Virus record (IMG/VR): IMGVR_UViG_3300028591_000110
Location: 32,001 to 96,000 of that record
Length of the DNA: 64,000 bases
Origin: a virus
Taxonomy: Duplodnaviria; Caudoviricetes
Direction: 5' to 3' (one strand)
The translations under genes were made by a program, and so were the position numbers. Below, in pieces: positions 46,745-55,936 of the stretch (position 1 is its first letter; each line of letters begins with the position of its first letter). Under the pieces are notes generated by a model. It worked only from the letters and a program-made list of their open reading frames with translations. It did no database searches and was not told the origin of the DNA.

Positions 46745-48106
46745 CTATTTGTTGTTGCTGATCGCGAGCAGAAGTTGAAGCAATTCAGGGGACGCGGCAA
46801 TGGCTGAAATGACCTGATCTTTCTTTGCTTCGATGTCGTCCGGGGTGGTGACGCCGTTCGAGAAAAATGCTTTTTCCATGAGAACGGCAAGCCTTTTTCG
46901 ATCTTCATCAAAAATTTCTGCATACACATCTGTAACCATAGCTGCTTGTGCGTGTCCGGTGTCTCCTTGGACTGCCTTAATGTCGCCGCCTGATAGTTTG
47001 AGTTTTTCTGATGTGCTGAGATGGCGGAGGGAGTGGAAGACAACCTCTTCAAACCCATGCTCTAAAATGAAAGACTTGAAATCTTTTGCGATCAGACGTT
47101 CTTCCACGGGTCTACCGTTTGGCTGGGCGATGACCATGTTATAATCCTGATAGAGTCCGTGCAAATGCTCCATTTGTTCAAGCTGCTCTTGCCGGATCTC
47201 TTTCATAAACTTTGCTACGGTGTCCGGAACGAATACAGTGCGGCAGCTCGATTTCGTCTTTGGTTCTTTCAGAACGAGGACGGTCTTGCATGCAGATTTG
47301 ACTTTGAGATCCGGGAAGCGGAAGAATACCTTTGTGCGCTTCTTTTCTTCCAGTTTCTCCAACGTACTATTGCTGCATCGCTTCAGTTCCTGCTTGATCT
47401 TGATCGTTGTGAGGCCGTTATCCTTGAATTTGACTTCCGGCCATTGAAGGCCAAGAATCTCACCGATTCGCATACTGCATCCGATGGATAACATCATGCA
47501 GAGCTTCAGGATTTTGTTGTCGCAAACTGTGAGCGCTTGCATGGCTGTTTCACGATCCCAAACAACACGCTTGTTCTGATCGTATTCCGGAATGACCGCA
47601 TCTGCAGCAGAATTGTTTTGCGCATATCCCCAAGCGATCCCTTGCTTATAAGCGTTTCGGAGCAGACTGTGGATCTTCTCAATGACCGACGGCGACACGG
47701 TTTTCTCTGTGTCTTTATGGCCGGCAAGCTGGACAGCAGGGTAGGATAGAAGATCGGAATAGTATTCGCTGATATCTTCCGCGTCCAGATCTTTGAAGAT
47801 CCTGTTTCCGATCAGCGGCTTGATGTAATCGTTGATCCTGTGAACCGATGTGGAATAGTAGCTGTCTCCCCATTTTAAGGCGCCGTATCTCTCTACATAG
47901 AGATCCATGAACTCGGATACCGTAAGGTTGTCGTTTCGCTTCGTCTTCTTTGGCGGTTTCAGCGTTCCGCGTTTTTTCTCAAGCTCAATGATCGCGCATC
48001 TCAGAACGGCTTCTTCCTCTGTGTCGAAGCTCTCCTTGAAGGGCTTATCATACCCTTTGACGCGATATTGAACCTTCCATTTGTTTCCGTGTTTTGTGGG
48101 TTTCAT
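46745..48106 (-). CDS. int: Tyrosine integrase
   Basis: MRIGEILGL, FHSLRH, TGHAQ..M..DVY catalytic residues. Confidence 0.92.
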   Translation of the reverse strand: MKPTKHGNKWKVQYRVKGYDKPFKESFDTEEEAVLRCAIIELEKKRGTLKPPKKTKRNDNLTVSEFMDLYVERYGALKWGDSYYSTSVHRINDYIKPLIGNRIFKDLDAEDISEYYSDLLSYPAVQLAGHKDTEKTVSPSVIEKIHSLLRNAYKQGIAWGYAQNNSAADAVIPEYDQNKRVVWDRETAMQALTVCDNKILKLCMMLSIGCSMRIGEILGLQWPEVKFKDNGLTTIKIKQELKRCSNSTLEKLEEKKRTKVFFRFPDLKVKSACKTVLVLKEPKTKSSCRTVFVPDTVAKFMKEIRQEQLEQMEHLHGLYQDYNMVIAQPNGRPVEERLIAKDFKSFILEHGFEEVVFHSLRHLSTSEKLKLSGGDIKAVQGDTGHAQAAMVTDVYAEIFDEDRKRLAVLMEKAFFSNGVTTPDDIEAKKDQVISAIAASPELLQLLLAISNNK

Positions 48107-48137
48107 TTTATATCTCCTTTATCATGGCCTCCTCTCG

Positions 48138-48386
48138 TCAAGTATTTGATAAAGTACCCGTTGCGTCTACTGTAGCAGAAAAAACGGGAATACTCAAGCT
48201 GTTTTGGTAGTTGATGATGTCGCCGCGATAGATGCGGAATTGCTTTCCAACTCTGATAGACGGGATCTCCTGGTTTCGCACCAGAGAGTAGGCGGTGTTC
48301 CTGCCGATTCTCAAAAGCGCCGCCATTTCATCGACGGTCATCATAACAGGAATCTCTTCGACAGAGGTATAGGTCTTAGTTGCCAT
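48138..48386 (-). CDS. xis: Excisionase (HTH_17 family)
   Basis: MTVDEMAALLRIGRNTAY.LV....IPS.RVG; upstream of int. Confidence 0.8.
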   Translation of the reverse strand: MATKTYTSVEEIPVMMTVDEMAALLRIGRNTAYSLVRNQEIPSIRVGKQFRIYRGDIINYQNSLSIPVFSATVDATGTLSNT

Positions 48387-48408
48387 TCCATGATCCTTTC
48401 TTATAGAT

Positions 48409-48440
48409 TAGGGGCTGTATTGCACAGCCCCTATTTTTTT
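48409..48440. terminator. Hairpin/terminator
   Basis: TAGGGGCTGT-attgc-ACAGCCCCTA followed by T7. Confidence 0.65.
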
Positions 48441-48447
48441 GATTGTG

Positions 48448-48609
48448 TTATTTCATGAAATATCGCTTAGCATAGATGTACTTGCGAGCGGCAGGGAAGT
48501 GTGGCAGGTTCTTCTTGCAGTGAATCTGCCATGCAGTTCTTCTGATTTTCTCGGCTTCGCTCGCGTCAGACGCTTTCATGTTATTGTGTTTGAGTGATGA
48601 AGTGCTCAT
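48448..48609 (-). CDS. Small hypothetical protein (53 aa, not in ORF track)
   Basis: ATGA-coupled to the phosphatase gene; open frame MSTSSLKHNNMK...YFMK. Confidence 0.35.
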   Translation of the reverse strand: MSTSSLKHNNMKASDASEAEKIRRTAWQIHCKKNLPHFPAARKYIYAKRYFMK

Positions 48610-49289
48610 TGATCGATTCCTTCCTTGTCTTTCTCAGATTGCGGCACAACGTAATACTTGATATTTCCTGTGTCGAGATCCTTGACGTATGCGCAGAGCA
48701 TGCCTCCGAATACGCAGCCTCCGTCGATGCAAATGTCTCCGGTTTTTACGATATACGGCACGACGTCTTCGCTCGGAGTGTGGCCGAATACGACCAGCTT
48801 TTCTCGCGGTGCGTCATCTTCCTCGATCCAGTCACGACCCCATAGGAGATCTTCTTCGGTGTTGTCTTTGAGATGCGGGTGTGTAAGCCCAGCGTGGCAG
48901 AAGATTGTGTCATCTGTTTCATAATACAACGGCAGCGAGCGGAACCATGCGATATCGCTTTGGAGCTGAGCCGGATTCTCGTCATAGCTCATGACCGTTT
49001 GCATGCCGCCATTCCACGCCCAAAGCGGATCGACGATTCCGTCGTTATCGATGGCGAATTTTTCATGATTCCCTTTTAGGCAGACGACTTTATCTCTGCC
49101 GGCCTGCCTCTGCAGCAGGCGTATGGTTTCAACCACCTTTGCGCTATACGGGCCGCGATCGATGTAGTCTCCGATAAACACCAGCGTATCCGTTTCGCTG
49201 CTGTAATCGATTCCTCTAAACAGATCGCACATGGTATGGTAGCATCCGTGGATGTCTCCCATGGCGATGAGTCTCTTATGTTTCTCCAT
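48606..49289 (-). CDS. Ser/Thr protein phosphatase-like metallophosphoesterase
   Basis: GDIHG, GDYIDRG, GNHE, HAG and FGHTP motifs. Confidence 0.9.
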   Translation of the reverse strand: MEKHKRLIAMGDIHGCYHTMCDLFRGIDYSSETDTLVFIGDYIDRGPYSAKVVETIRLLQRQAGRDKVVCLKGNHEKFAIDNDGIVDPLWAWNGGMQTVMSYDENPAQLQSDIAWFRSLPLYYETDDTIFCHAGLTHPHLKDNTEEDLLWGRDWIEEDDAPREKLVVFGHTPSEDVVPYIVKTGDICIDGGCVFGGMLCAYVKDLDTGNIKYYVVPQSEKDKEGIDQ

Positions 49290-49557
49290 TTTCTTTTCTC
49301 ACTTTTTCATACAGGTGATAGACCGGCGGACAAACATAGAAGAACTCTGTGTGGCTGCCGACATCATATTTCGTCGCCGGCTTTCCTTTCAGATCCTCGT
49401 TCCAGACCCTTGTGTAGTAGATCGTGAAGTTTCGCTCGTCGCAAAACGCTTTGATCTGTCTTGAGATCTCGTCGATGACCTTCTGAGCTTTCATTCGCCC
49501 GTCGATCTTGCCGATCTGCCTGATCTTCCCGTGGCTGTTTCTAAAGTATAGAGTCAT
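49276..49557 (-). CDS. Hypothetical protein
   Basis: Coupled ORF; YDVGSHTEFF. Confidence 0.6.
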   Translation of the reverse strand: MTLYFRNSHGKIRQIGKIDGRMKAQKVIDEISRQIKAFCDERNFTIYYTRVWNEDLKGKPATKYDVGSHTEFFYVCPPVYHLYEKVRKENGET

Positions 49558-50507
49558 GCTGTCTCCTCATGCGCATCGCTGATTAGTGTACTGGACTCAA
49601 TGTAATGCAGATATGTATCAATACACACAGACTGAACCTGAGCAGGGGTATATTCTCTTCTAATACACGGGTTTTCTCCGCGATAGAAAGTAAGCCGAAG
49701 CATTGCTAGATCGCTCTGTTTTTTGCTTTCTTCCGGCATTTCGACATAATCAAAGAATTGTTTTGCCATCTTGAGTGCGTCGTACTCAGACAGCTTGGTG
49801 ATTTCTTCGATGTGCGAAAACCGCCTGTGGAGAGCGGGGTCGATGGAGTCAAAACGGTTTGTTGTGGCGATGATGATGTTGTCATTCTGAACTCTGTCCA
49901 GCTCCTGCATCAGCGCAATGACGACGCGATTCATTTCTCCAACGTCAGAACTTGCACCGCGCTTGAGAGCAACCGCATCAAGCTCGTCAAAGCAAAAGAC
50001 GCATGGCGTCTTTCTGACAAACTCGAAGATCCTGCCCAAACTCTTCTGTGTTTCGCCGAGATATTGTCCAAGCAAGAACGAAAAGTTTACATAATAGAAT
50101 GGAAGACCTGCTTTGTATGCGATGTATTTTGCAAGCGTTGTTTTTCCGGTTCCGCTTTCTCCGTGCAAAAGCAGCGACGGCATATAGCGGATATTTTTCT
50201 CTGCCAAGACTCCTGCGGATTTATATGTCAACAAGAGCTTGTCTACGATCTCTTTTTCTTGATCTCGAATGAAAAATCTCCCGTCTACCATATCCGATAC
50301 ATCTTCGTAGATTAGAACGCTCTGCAGGTTTAGCGGAATCTCAAAGCGCTTCGCTTCTTTCTCTTCAATAAGCCTGCTCATTCTGGCGCAGAATGTTTGA
50401 TCTTTTTGAGTCTTCGACTCTTTAACGATGTACGCTGCCTGTTCTCTTGCCTGCTGCATATTCCCATTGATAACGTATTGGATCAGCAGCTTTTCTCTTT
50501 CTGTCAT
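49554..50507 (-). CDS. AAA+ ATPase
   Basis: GESGTGKT, FCFDELD, TTNR..IDPAL.RRF. Confidence 0.9.
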   Translation of the reverse strand: MTEREKLLIQYVINGNMQQAREQAAYIVKESKTQKDQTFCARMSRLIEEKEAKRFEIPLNLQSVLIYEDVSDMVDGRFFIRDQEKEIVDKLLLTYKSAGVLAEKNIRYMPSLLLHGESGTGKTTLAKYIAYKAGLPFYYVNFSFLLGQYLGETQKSLGRIFEFVRKTPCVFCFDELDAVALKRGASSDVGEMNRVVIALMQELDRVQNDNIIIATTNRFDSIDPALHRRFSHIEEITKLSEYDALKMAKQFFDYVEMPEESKKQSDLAMLRLTFYRGENPCIRREYTPAQVQSVCIDTYLHYIESSTLISDAHEETA

Positions 50508-50538
50508 TCAGATCCTCCGGATTACGCTCTTGATTTTT

Positions 50539-50763
50539 TCAAGAAACGTCATTACTCTGCCCCCCCCCCATCAGTGGGGTGACGGTGGATGCGTCTACCT
50601 CAGAGAATGGGCCGATTTCCACGTCATTGTTGTATTTAATGCTTACAAATGGCGCCTCGCAGATGTAGTAGCGTTTCTGAGCGTCAATGGCAAGATAGCC
50701 TTCGACATATCCGCCGGTGTCTTTTCTGCGGCCTTTATAGAGGCCGGTTCCTTCTCTATACAT
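50539..50763 (-). CDS. Short YopX-like protein
   Basis: YKGRRKDTGGYVEGYL...EVD.STV. Confidence 0.45.
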   Translation of the reverse strand: MYREGTGLYKGRRKDTGGYVEGYLAIDAQKRYYICEAPFVSIKYNNDVEIGPFSEVDASTVTPLMGGGQSNDVS

Positions 50764-50772
50764 ATTGTCTCC

Positions 50773-51063
50773 TTAGTAAACCAAGTATTCGTCAAAGCCG
50801 TACTGCTCTGACAGCGTGCGGGTCATTGATGCAAAGACTGATTCTGTACTGTGGTCATATTTGAAAATACAAACGTCTTTATCGTCGTAAATTGCCGCTC
50901 CAATTTTCAGAATCTTGACCAGCAAATCAAGTTCATCATCCGATAGCTTGTAGTGACCGCCCTTATACTCATGGAATGAGCATCCGGTCGTTTGGCTTAC
51001 AGCGCCGGCCTTTTCGCATGCCAGACGCACATGGGAACAGGTGTCACATGTTGGCATGCTCAT
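50773..51063 (-). CDS. Hypothetical protein
   Basis: Coupled ORF with Cys-rich N-terminus. Confidence 0.55.
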   Translation of the reverse strand: MSMPTCDTCSHVRLACEKAGAVSQTTGCSFHEYKGGHYKLSDDELDLLVKILKIGAAIYDDKDVCIFKYDHSTESVFASMTRTLSEQYGFDEYLVY

Positions 51064-51341
51064 TCTGTTTCCTCCCCCGGCTTCGACGACAGAATATATT
51101 GCCCGCCATAGCCGAACATGGCGTTCTGCTCATCCGTCAGACCGCATTCGTCATAGGCTTCCTGTTCGTCAAACGAATTGAGGAAGATCCAGGTGTGCAT
51201 CTTCTTGCCGGCCTTCAGCAGCTCGTCGATGACGGTTTTTGCCTCAACGACCGCAGCGGCAAAGTCCGGGTCGAGATGTTCGGCGATGCACTTTTCCGTA
51301 TATCGCCCAAGGCGATTGATAATATCTTTACAGTTTGTCAT
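51060..51341 (-). CDS. Hypothetical protein
   Basis: RBS plus ORF in operon. Confidence 0.55.
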   Translation of the reverse strand: MTNCKDIINRLGRYTEKCIAEHLDPDFAAAVVEAKTVIDELLKAGKKMHTWIFLNSFDEQEAYDECGLTDEQNAMFGYGGQYILSSKPGEETE

Positions 51342-51351
51342 GTATGATCTC

Positions 51352-51624
51352 CTAAAGTTTTGCTTCTTTCTTCAGCCATTCCTGCCAGCATTTGATGCAG
51401 CTCGCGCCTTTCTGTTCGCACTCGACATGCGGGCAAATTCCATTGCTGACCATCGCTAGAAAAGGAGCTAGTTTTTCATCCGGCAAACGTCGGATGTCGT
51501 CTCCGTTTGTCAATGCTCTGTAATGCTCGCAATCGCGAATGATGTCCGGGTCAGGGCTGTCAATCACTTTTTCACACCAGTTGTTGATAAGGTTGAAGCA
51601 CTTTTTACATTGAATGAATCTCAT
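51352..51624 (-). CDS. Hypothetical Cys-rich protein
   Basis: TNGDDIRRLPDEKLA...C..CW.EWL phage motif. Confidence 0.55.
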   Translation of the reverse strand: MRFIQCKKCFNLINNWCEKVIDSPDPDIIRDCEHYRALTNGDDIRRLPDEKLAPFLAMVSNGICPHVECEQKGASCIKCWQEWLKKEAKL

Positions 51625-52013
51625 TATTCCTCATCTTTCTGCGCCTTTTGCAGCTTATCCAAAATCCAATCAGCCAGATCTGCTACGTTTTCTTCGTCCC
51701 ATTCAGAAAAGTCATCAAAAGACATTGTACCGATTGCGAATGCTTCCTTTACGCGGGTCAGCTCGAATGTCATGCTGTCGCCAATTTGAAAGTAATGAGA
51801 TAGAATGTCGATCAGCTTCTCTCGTGTGGGAATCATGGATAGCAATTCGTCAATGGCGTTTGCAGCGCGTTCTGCAAGCTCCTCAGAGCACGTCTTAAAT
51901 CTATCTTCGTCGAAGCCAGAGTATAAGCTGCATTCTGCAAAATTGTATTCACAATTCCCAGTGTGGCAACGGAGATCTTTTGCTAATCCCTTATAGTCAG
52001 TCGTCGTTGTCAT
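51624..52013 (-). CDS. Hypothetical protein
   Basis: Coupled ORF of 129 aa. Confidence 0.55.
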   Translation of the reverse strand: MTTTTDYKGLAKDLRCHTGNCEYNFAECSLYSGFDEDRFKTCSEELAERAANAIDELLSMIPTREKLIDILSHYFQIGDSMTFELTRVKEAFAIGTMSFDDFSEWDEENVADLADWILDKLQKAQKDEE

Positions 52014-52470
52014 TATCCTCCTTCATTGTCCTGTGCCTTTTCTGATGGCACTTCTTGCAAAGCGTCACCAGATTGTCCGGCTCATCTCCGCCGCCTTGCG
52101 AAACGGGGAGAATATGATGCACTTCGAGCTGTCCGTCGTCAATCGGAACCGGCATACCGAACGGATTCATAAACACATGCAGCTCACCGCAATCCTGACA
52201 GGTGAAGTTGTCTCGATACAACATGCGGAGTGAATACGGATCTCTGCCGCGCTGCCAGACCGTGCGAAGATCAAACTCTCTGCGGCAATCGTCCGAACAG
52301 AATCGGCGCCGTTTACTTTCAACAGCTCCACCGCACCACGGACATTGGCCTTTTGCCTCATATCGCGGCTTCGAATACATCACAGCGTCCCTTCCGTATA
52401 GTTCAACAGCCTTATAGAGAGCGGGGAAGGGGCGTCGTGTTCCGTGCGTTTGCCAGTAGTGTTTAATCAT
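51997..52470 (-). CDS. HNH endonuclease
   Basis: RDNFTCQDCG...EVHHILP...GG....NLVTLCKKCH. Confidence 0.85.
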   Translation of the reverse strand: MIKHYWQTHGTRRPFPALYKAVELYGRDAVMYSKPRYEAKGQCPWCGGAVESKRRRFCSDDCRREFDLRTVWQRGRDPYSLRMLYRDNFTCQDCGELHVFMNPFGMPVPIDDGQLEVHHILPVSQGGGDEPDNLVTLCKKCHQKRHRTMKEDNDNDD

Positions 52471-52630
52471 CTTTCTCCTTTACGCGAAACTTTTCAATAT
52501 TGGCACTTTGATAACCGCAGTTGAGACAGCTTGCTTTGGCCTTCCTGTAATAAACCGGATATGCCAGTGTGCGGCTAGGGATACGAACTACCTTGTCGCA
52601 TCCGCACTTCGGACATTTGTATTCAATCAT
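52463..52630 (-). CDS. Small zinc-ribbon protein (55 aa, not in ORF track)
   Basis: MIEYKCPKCG...CLNCGY open frame. Confidence 0.4.
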   Translation of the reverse strand: MIEYKCPKCGCDKVVRIPSRTLAYPVYYRKAKASCLNCGYQSANIEKFRVKEKDD

Positions 52631-52669
52631 TTTTGCGCAGAAGTGATTTGTCTCTGTATGTGAGTCGTT

Positions 52670-53027
52670 TCAATCCGCAGCCTCCTTGTTTGACGGAACG
52701 ATGACAGGCGCATTCGCAAGCATATTAATGATCGTCGATTTTGCTGCGTCCGCTTCTCCATGCCTTCTTTGCGTGCCGCGCCCGAACGGATAATGATTAT
52801 CCATCTCCGCACGGAAAGCGGCGCGATCAATCAGATCGCCATGCTCTGACAACTGTTCGAGAGGGCATTTTGGATGCGTCCCTGTGCAAAAATCAAATCC
52901 CCTATTGGTTGGGTCGTACATAAACTTGATGGTTTCGTTTAGTGGGCAGTAAGCATTATAGGATCGGATTTTGCAAACTGCGCAGCTCTTTGGTATCTCT
53001 GCGCCACGGATGATAATGTCAGGCATC
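52670..53027 (-). CDS. Hypothetical phage protein
   Basis: MPDIIIRG.EIPKSC..C...CPL...HGDLID; start approximate. Confidence 0.5.
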
Positions 53028-53148
53028 CTGCTTCTCCTTTGAGCCATTGAGCAAAGCAGCGCAGGCCATCGCGATCGCTTCGTGGGATCTTGGATCTTTG
53101 AATTGAAATATAGCGGCAAGGTTTACAAGAATTACCGCAGCTTCCGCA

Positions 53149-53448
53149 TTAGTCATCTTTTTTCACTCCAAGCATTGCTCCGCAATTTGGGCAGAATGGA
53201 GGCATTTGTTTTGTGCCTCCGATTCCGCTGTGTTTTCCGCAGTTGGTACAATATGTTCTGCGGCGCCCATACGGGCCGTCGAATCTCACGACCCATTCTC
53301 CGGCAGGACGACTGTCGCTTGGCATTGTCGGAGCGGCGTCGATCTGCTCGGCGAGCCACGCCACGCCGTCATCGAATGAGTCTGAAAAACCATCCGGGAT
53401 GCCTTCGTAGCTGATCAGCTCGAAGGGATCTGCGTCGATCAAACGCAT
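53149..53448 (-). CDS. Hypothetical zinc-ribbon protein
   Basis: MRLIDAD...CTNCG...FCPNCGA. Confidence 0.65.
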   Translation of the reverse strand: MRLIDADPFELISYEGIPDGFSDSFDDGVAWLAEQIDAAPTMPSDSRPAGEWVVRFDGPYGRRRTYCTNCGKHSGIGGTKQMPPFCPNCGAMLGVKKDD

Positions 53449-53735
53449 TTACTCCATCCCCTCTCTTCCTTCAGCATCTCGTTTCGCTCGCGGTGCGCGT
53501 CTCTTCTCTTCAGCTCCGCGAACTTTTCCTCTTCTGCTTTGCGGAGCTCTCGAATGCATTCTTCGTCAGACCTCGTTACTACGCAGTCCTCTTTCAGCGG
53601 CCTTCCGACAATGCTTCTTTTGAGATATTCAGATACATCCTCAAACAGCTTTTGTTTCCGCAGCCTTTGAAGGCAGTTATCACAGGCCGCCTTCTTCTCG
53701 TCGCACGGCCTGTTCGGGCAGGACTCGCACTTCAT
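53439..53735 (-). CDS. Hypothetical protein
   Basis: Coupled ORF. Confidence 0.5.
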   Translation of the reverse strand: MKCESCPNRPCDEKKAACDNCLQRLRKQKLFEDVSEYLKRSIVGRPLKEDCVVTRSDEECIRELRKAEEEKFAELKRRDAHRERNEMLKEERGWSKCV

Positions 53736-54112
53736 GGGCGTTCAGCTCCGCAGCGCTTACACTTGCCGTCCTCGCCCCAAACGTGGTCGTTCCTGGGGCA
53801 GAGGGTGGAAGACAGCTTGGCCTGCAGCTCGTTACGCTCCTTAAAGAACATATCGCGCTCTTCGGCTGTGACAGCGAGCTCCGCGTACAGTGAGTCCTTG
53901 GCGGCGTTACTTGCATAGAGTGCCTTGCTTGCCTCGTCAAGCTGCGCTTGGCGTTCATCAAGCGCAGCGCTGCACTCTTTCTGCAGCGTGAGGTTCAGGC
54001 TGATTTCATGCCAGCGCTTTTTATACTCTTTGCGCCACATGACGGCGAGGAAGACAACCGCTGCGACGAGCAGCAGAATCACGACGCCAATGATAATCCA
54101 TGCTGTGGTCAT
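53732..54112 (-). CDS. Membrane-anchored coiled-coil protein
   Basis: N-terminal TM helix, coiled coil, C-terminal C..H...C..C. Confidence 0.6.
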   Translation of the reverse strand: MTTAWIIIGVVILLLVAAVVFLAVMWRKEYKKRWHEISLNLTLQKECSAALDERQAQLDEASKALYASNAAKDSLYAELAVTAEERDMFFKERNELQAKLSSTLCPRNDHVWGEDGKCKRCGAERP

Positions 54113-54272
54113 TGTTTCAATCCTTTCTATAATCTTCGTTTCAGCTTGCTTGCGATCTCATCTCCAACTACGAGAATTGCGATGATTACATAGTCTGTAT
54201 CACTTAGCGTGATGCCGAACTTTTTGGAGAGGAGATAGGCAATGAAGGAGACAATGAAGAACCCGATGTAAA

Positions 54273-54467
54273 TCAATGCTCTTCACCCTTATCGTTGAAT
54301 GCAGACGTGGTGGTATAGCCGCTGTCGTTGCCGTATTGGATTGTTACGCTTTGCTGCGGGCATTGTCTGCCAAGCTCTTTACAGTAACCGCATGGCAGCA
54401 TGTAGGCGCATCCATTTAACGATCCGCCTTCGCCCCAATACGGAGGGGTGTGATTCCAGTCTTTCAT
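54273..54467 (-). CDS. Small hypothetical protein
   Basis: ATGA-coupled ORF. Confidence 0.45.
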   Translation of the reverse strand: MKDWNHTPPYWGEGGSLNGCAYMLPCGYCKELGRQCPQQSVTIQYGNDSGYTTTSAFNDKGEEH

Positions 54468-55252
54468 GGTTCCACCTCCACCTTGTTCCAGTACGTCGCG
54501 GTCATGTAGATCCCTTCGCTATCGTTGCAGGTTGCGATAAAAAGATCGTATCCCAGTTTGAAGCATGAGTTACCGTCGTCGTCCCATACGTCCGATCCTT
54601 TGTTCCTGACATGGGCGTCTGTTTTCTGCCATTCGTATGTTTCAACCGTTCCATCCTTCTTGACGATCTTCATGGTGTCGCCAGGCCCGCACCAGCGAAT
54701 AATCCAGAGTCCTTCTGAATCGTGATCCCCAACCATATAGCTGCCGCCGAAAAGTTTCATGATGAAAGCCGCATCAGAGGAGTCAACAAGCTCTTTATCA
54801 AGCGTGTCGTACAGGCCAACGGAATAGGTGTCTCCGATGTACATTCTGCCGTAGTAGTCCAGCTTATACTCCGGGACAATGGTAGGATGTGGCTCCGGAA
54901 CCTGATAGGTCAGATCTGCAAGCGTTCTCTGCGGAGGCGTGGGCTTCGGCGTGGACGCCGGGGTAGGATCTGGCGTAGGCTCCGGATCTACCGGCAGGGT
55001 GGTCGCCGGCGCTTCTTCTGTTTTCTCCTGCTGCGACATTCGCCACAGGAACGTAATCATTTCTGCGCGGGTAATCGGCTTGTCCGGCGAAAAGTGCGTT
55101 TCGTCCGTGCCGAAGGTGATGCCGTTTTCTTTCGCCCACGCCACAGCGTCTGCATAATAGGCGTCCTGCGGCACATCCACAAAGCCGGACGCGCCGACAA
55201 CGGACGTGATGAGCAGCACGGCAACAATCATGATGATGAGTGTTTTCTTCAA
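54464..55252 (-). CDS. Secreted SLH-domain protein with sortase-like C-terminal domain
   Basis: Signal peptide; FVDVP..AYYADAVAWA...GIT.G....FSPDKPITRAE (SLH); Pro/Thr linker; VGDH...GD......Y...LFIATC. Confidence 0.7.
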   Translation of the reverse strand: MKKTLIIMIVAVLLITSVVGASGFVDVPQDAYYADAVAWAKENGITFGTDETHFSPDKPITRAEMITFLWRMSQQEKTEEAPATTLPVDPEPTPDPTPASTPKPTPPQRTLADLTYQVPEPHPTIVPEYKLDYYGRMYIGDTYSVGLYDTLDKELVDSSDAAFIMKLFGGSYMVGDHDSEGLWIIRWCGPGDTMKIVKKDGTVETYEWQKTDAHVRNKGSDVWDDDGNSCFKLGYDLFIATCNDSEGIYMTATYWNKVEVEP

Positions 55253-55267
55253 ATGGTTTCCTCCTGT

Positions 55268-55936
55268 TTATTTTCCATCTGGCAACAAGCGCTCTACGCT
55301 GCTTGCAAGGCCAGCAAACGTATCGCTTGCCATAAGGAGATTTACAACATTGTCTGTCAGCGTTTGACGCATCGTTTCGTCAAACCTCTGCTTGATACCT
55401 GCGTTGATTGAGTCGCGGCAGCGTCTGGCGAACTTTTCAATTTCTTCGCTCGCCGCTTTCTTCGCATACTCAATCGTATTGTTTTTGCTGAATGCCTCCT
55501 CAAGCTTCTTCTGAACAAGCTCTGCGAGGTATTCATTTCTTGGGAGTGTTCGCGTTGGTTCTGCCCAACCGCCGCCAACTGTGATGTCGCCGGCCATAAA
55601 CTCGGAGACCTGCCGATCAACAATCTGTTTGACGGCTTCTACGGTCAGAGATTTGACGACAGATCTGTACTCGTCTTCGACGATCTTTTCGATCTCTCTG
55701 ACCGCAATCTCATGCGCTTCACTTTCGAACGTATTGTGAATGGTGTCTCTGATGTACTCTGTAAAAAACTCTACATCAATTTGAATGACACTCTTGTTCT
55801 TGCGGAACGTCGGCGCCAAGTCATTGTATGGACACTTCTCATATCCGCCATCCACTTCGCAATAGGGCGTACCGTCGTCGTCATTCCACCCGCTGAAGTG
55901 ATCACATTCTCTGCATTCTTTGCTCAAGTATTGCAC
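55268..55936 (-). CDS. Hypothetical protein
   Basis: 222 aa, Cys-rich N-terminus, helical remainder. Confidence 0.6.
   Translation of the reverse strand: MQYLSKECRECDHFSGWNDDDGTPYCEVDGGYEKCPYNDLAPTFRKNKSVIQIDVEFFTEYIRDTIHNTFESEAHEIAVREIEKIVEDEYRSVVKSLTVEAVKQIVDRQVSEFMAGDITVGGGWAEPTRTLPRNEYLAELVQKKLEEAFSKNNTIEYAKKAASEEIEKFARRCRDSINAGIKQRFDETMRQTLTDNVVNLLMASDTFAGLASSVERLLPDGK

Noticed and set aside
51997-52470. HNH gene as a homing endonuclease for the TMP intron
   Set aside because: It is 35 kb away in an early operon, and nothing in the sequence links it to the intron insertion site.
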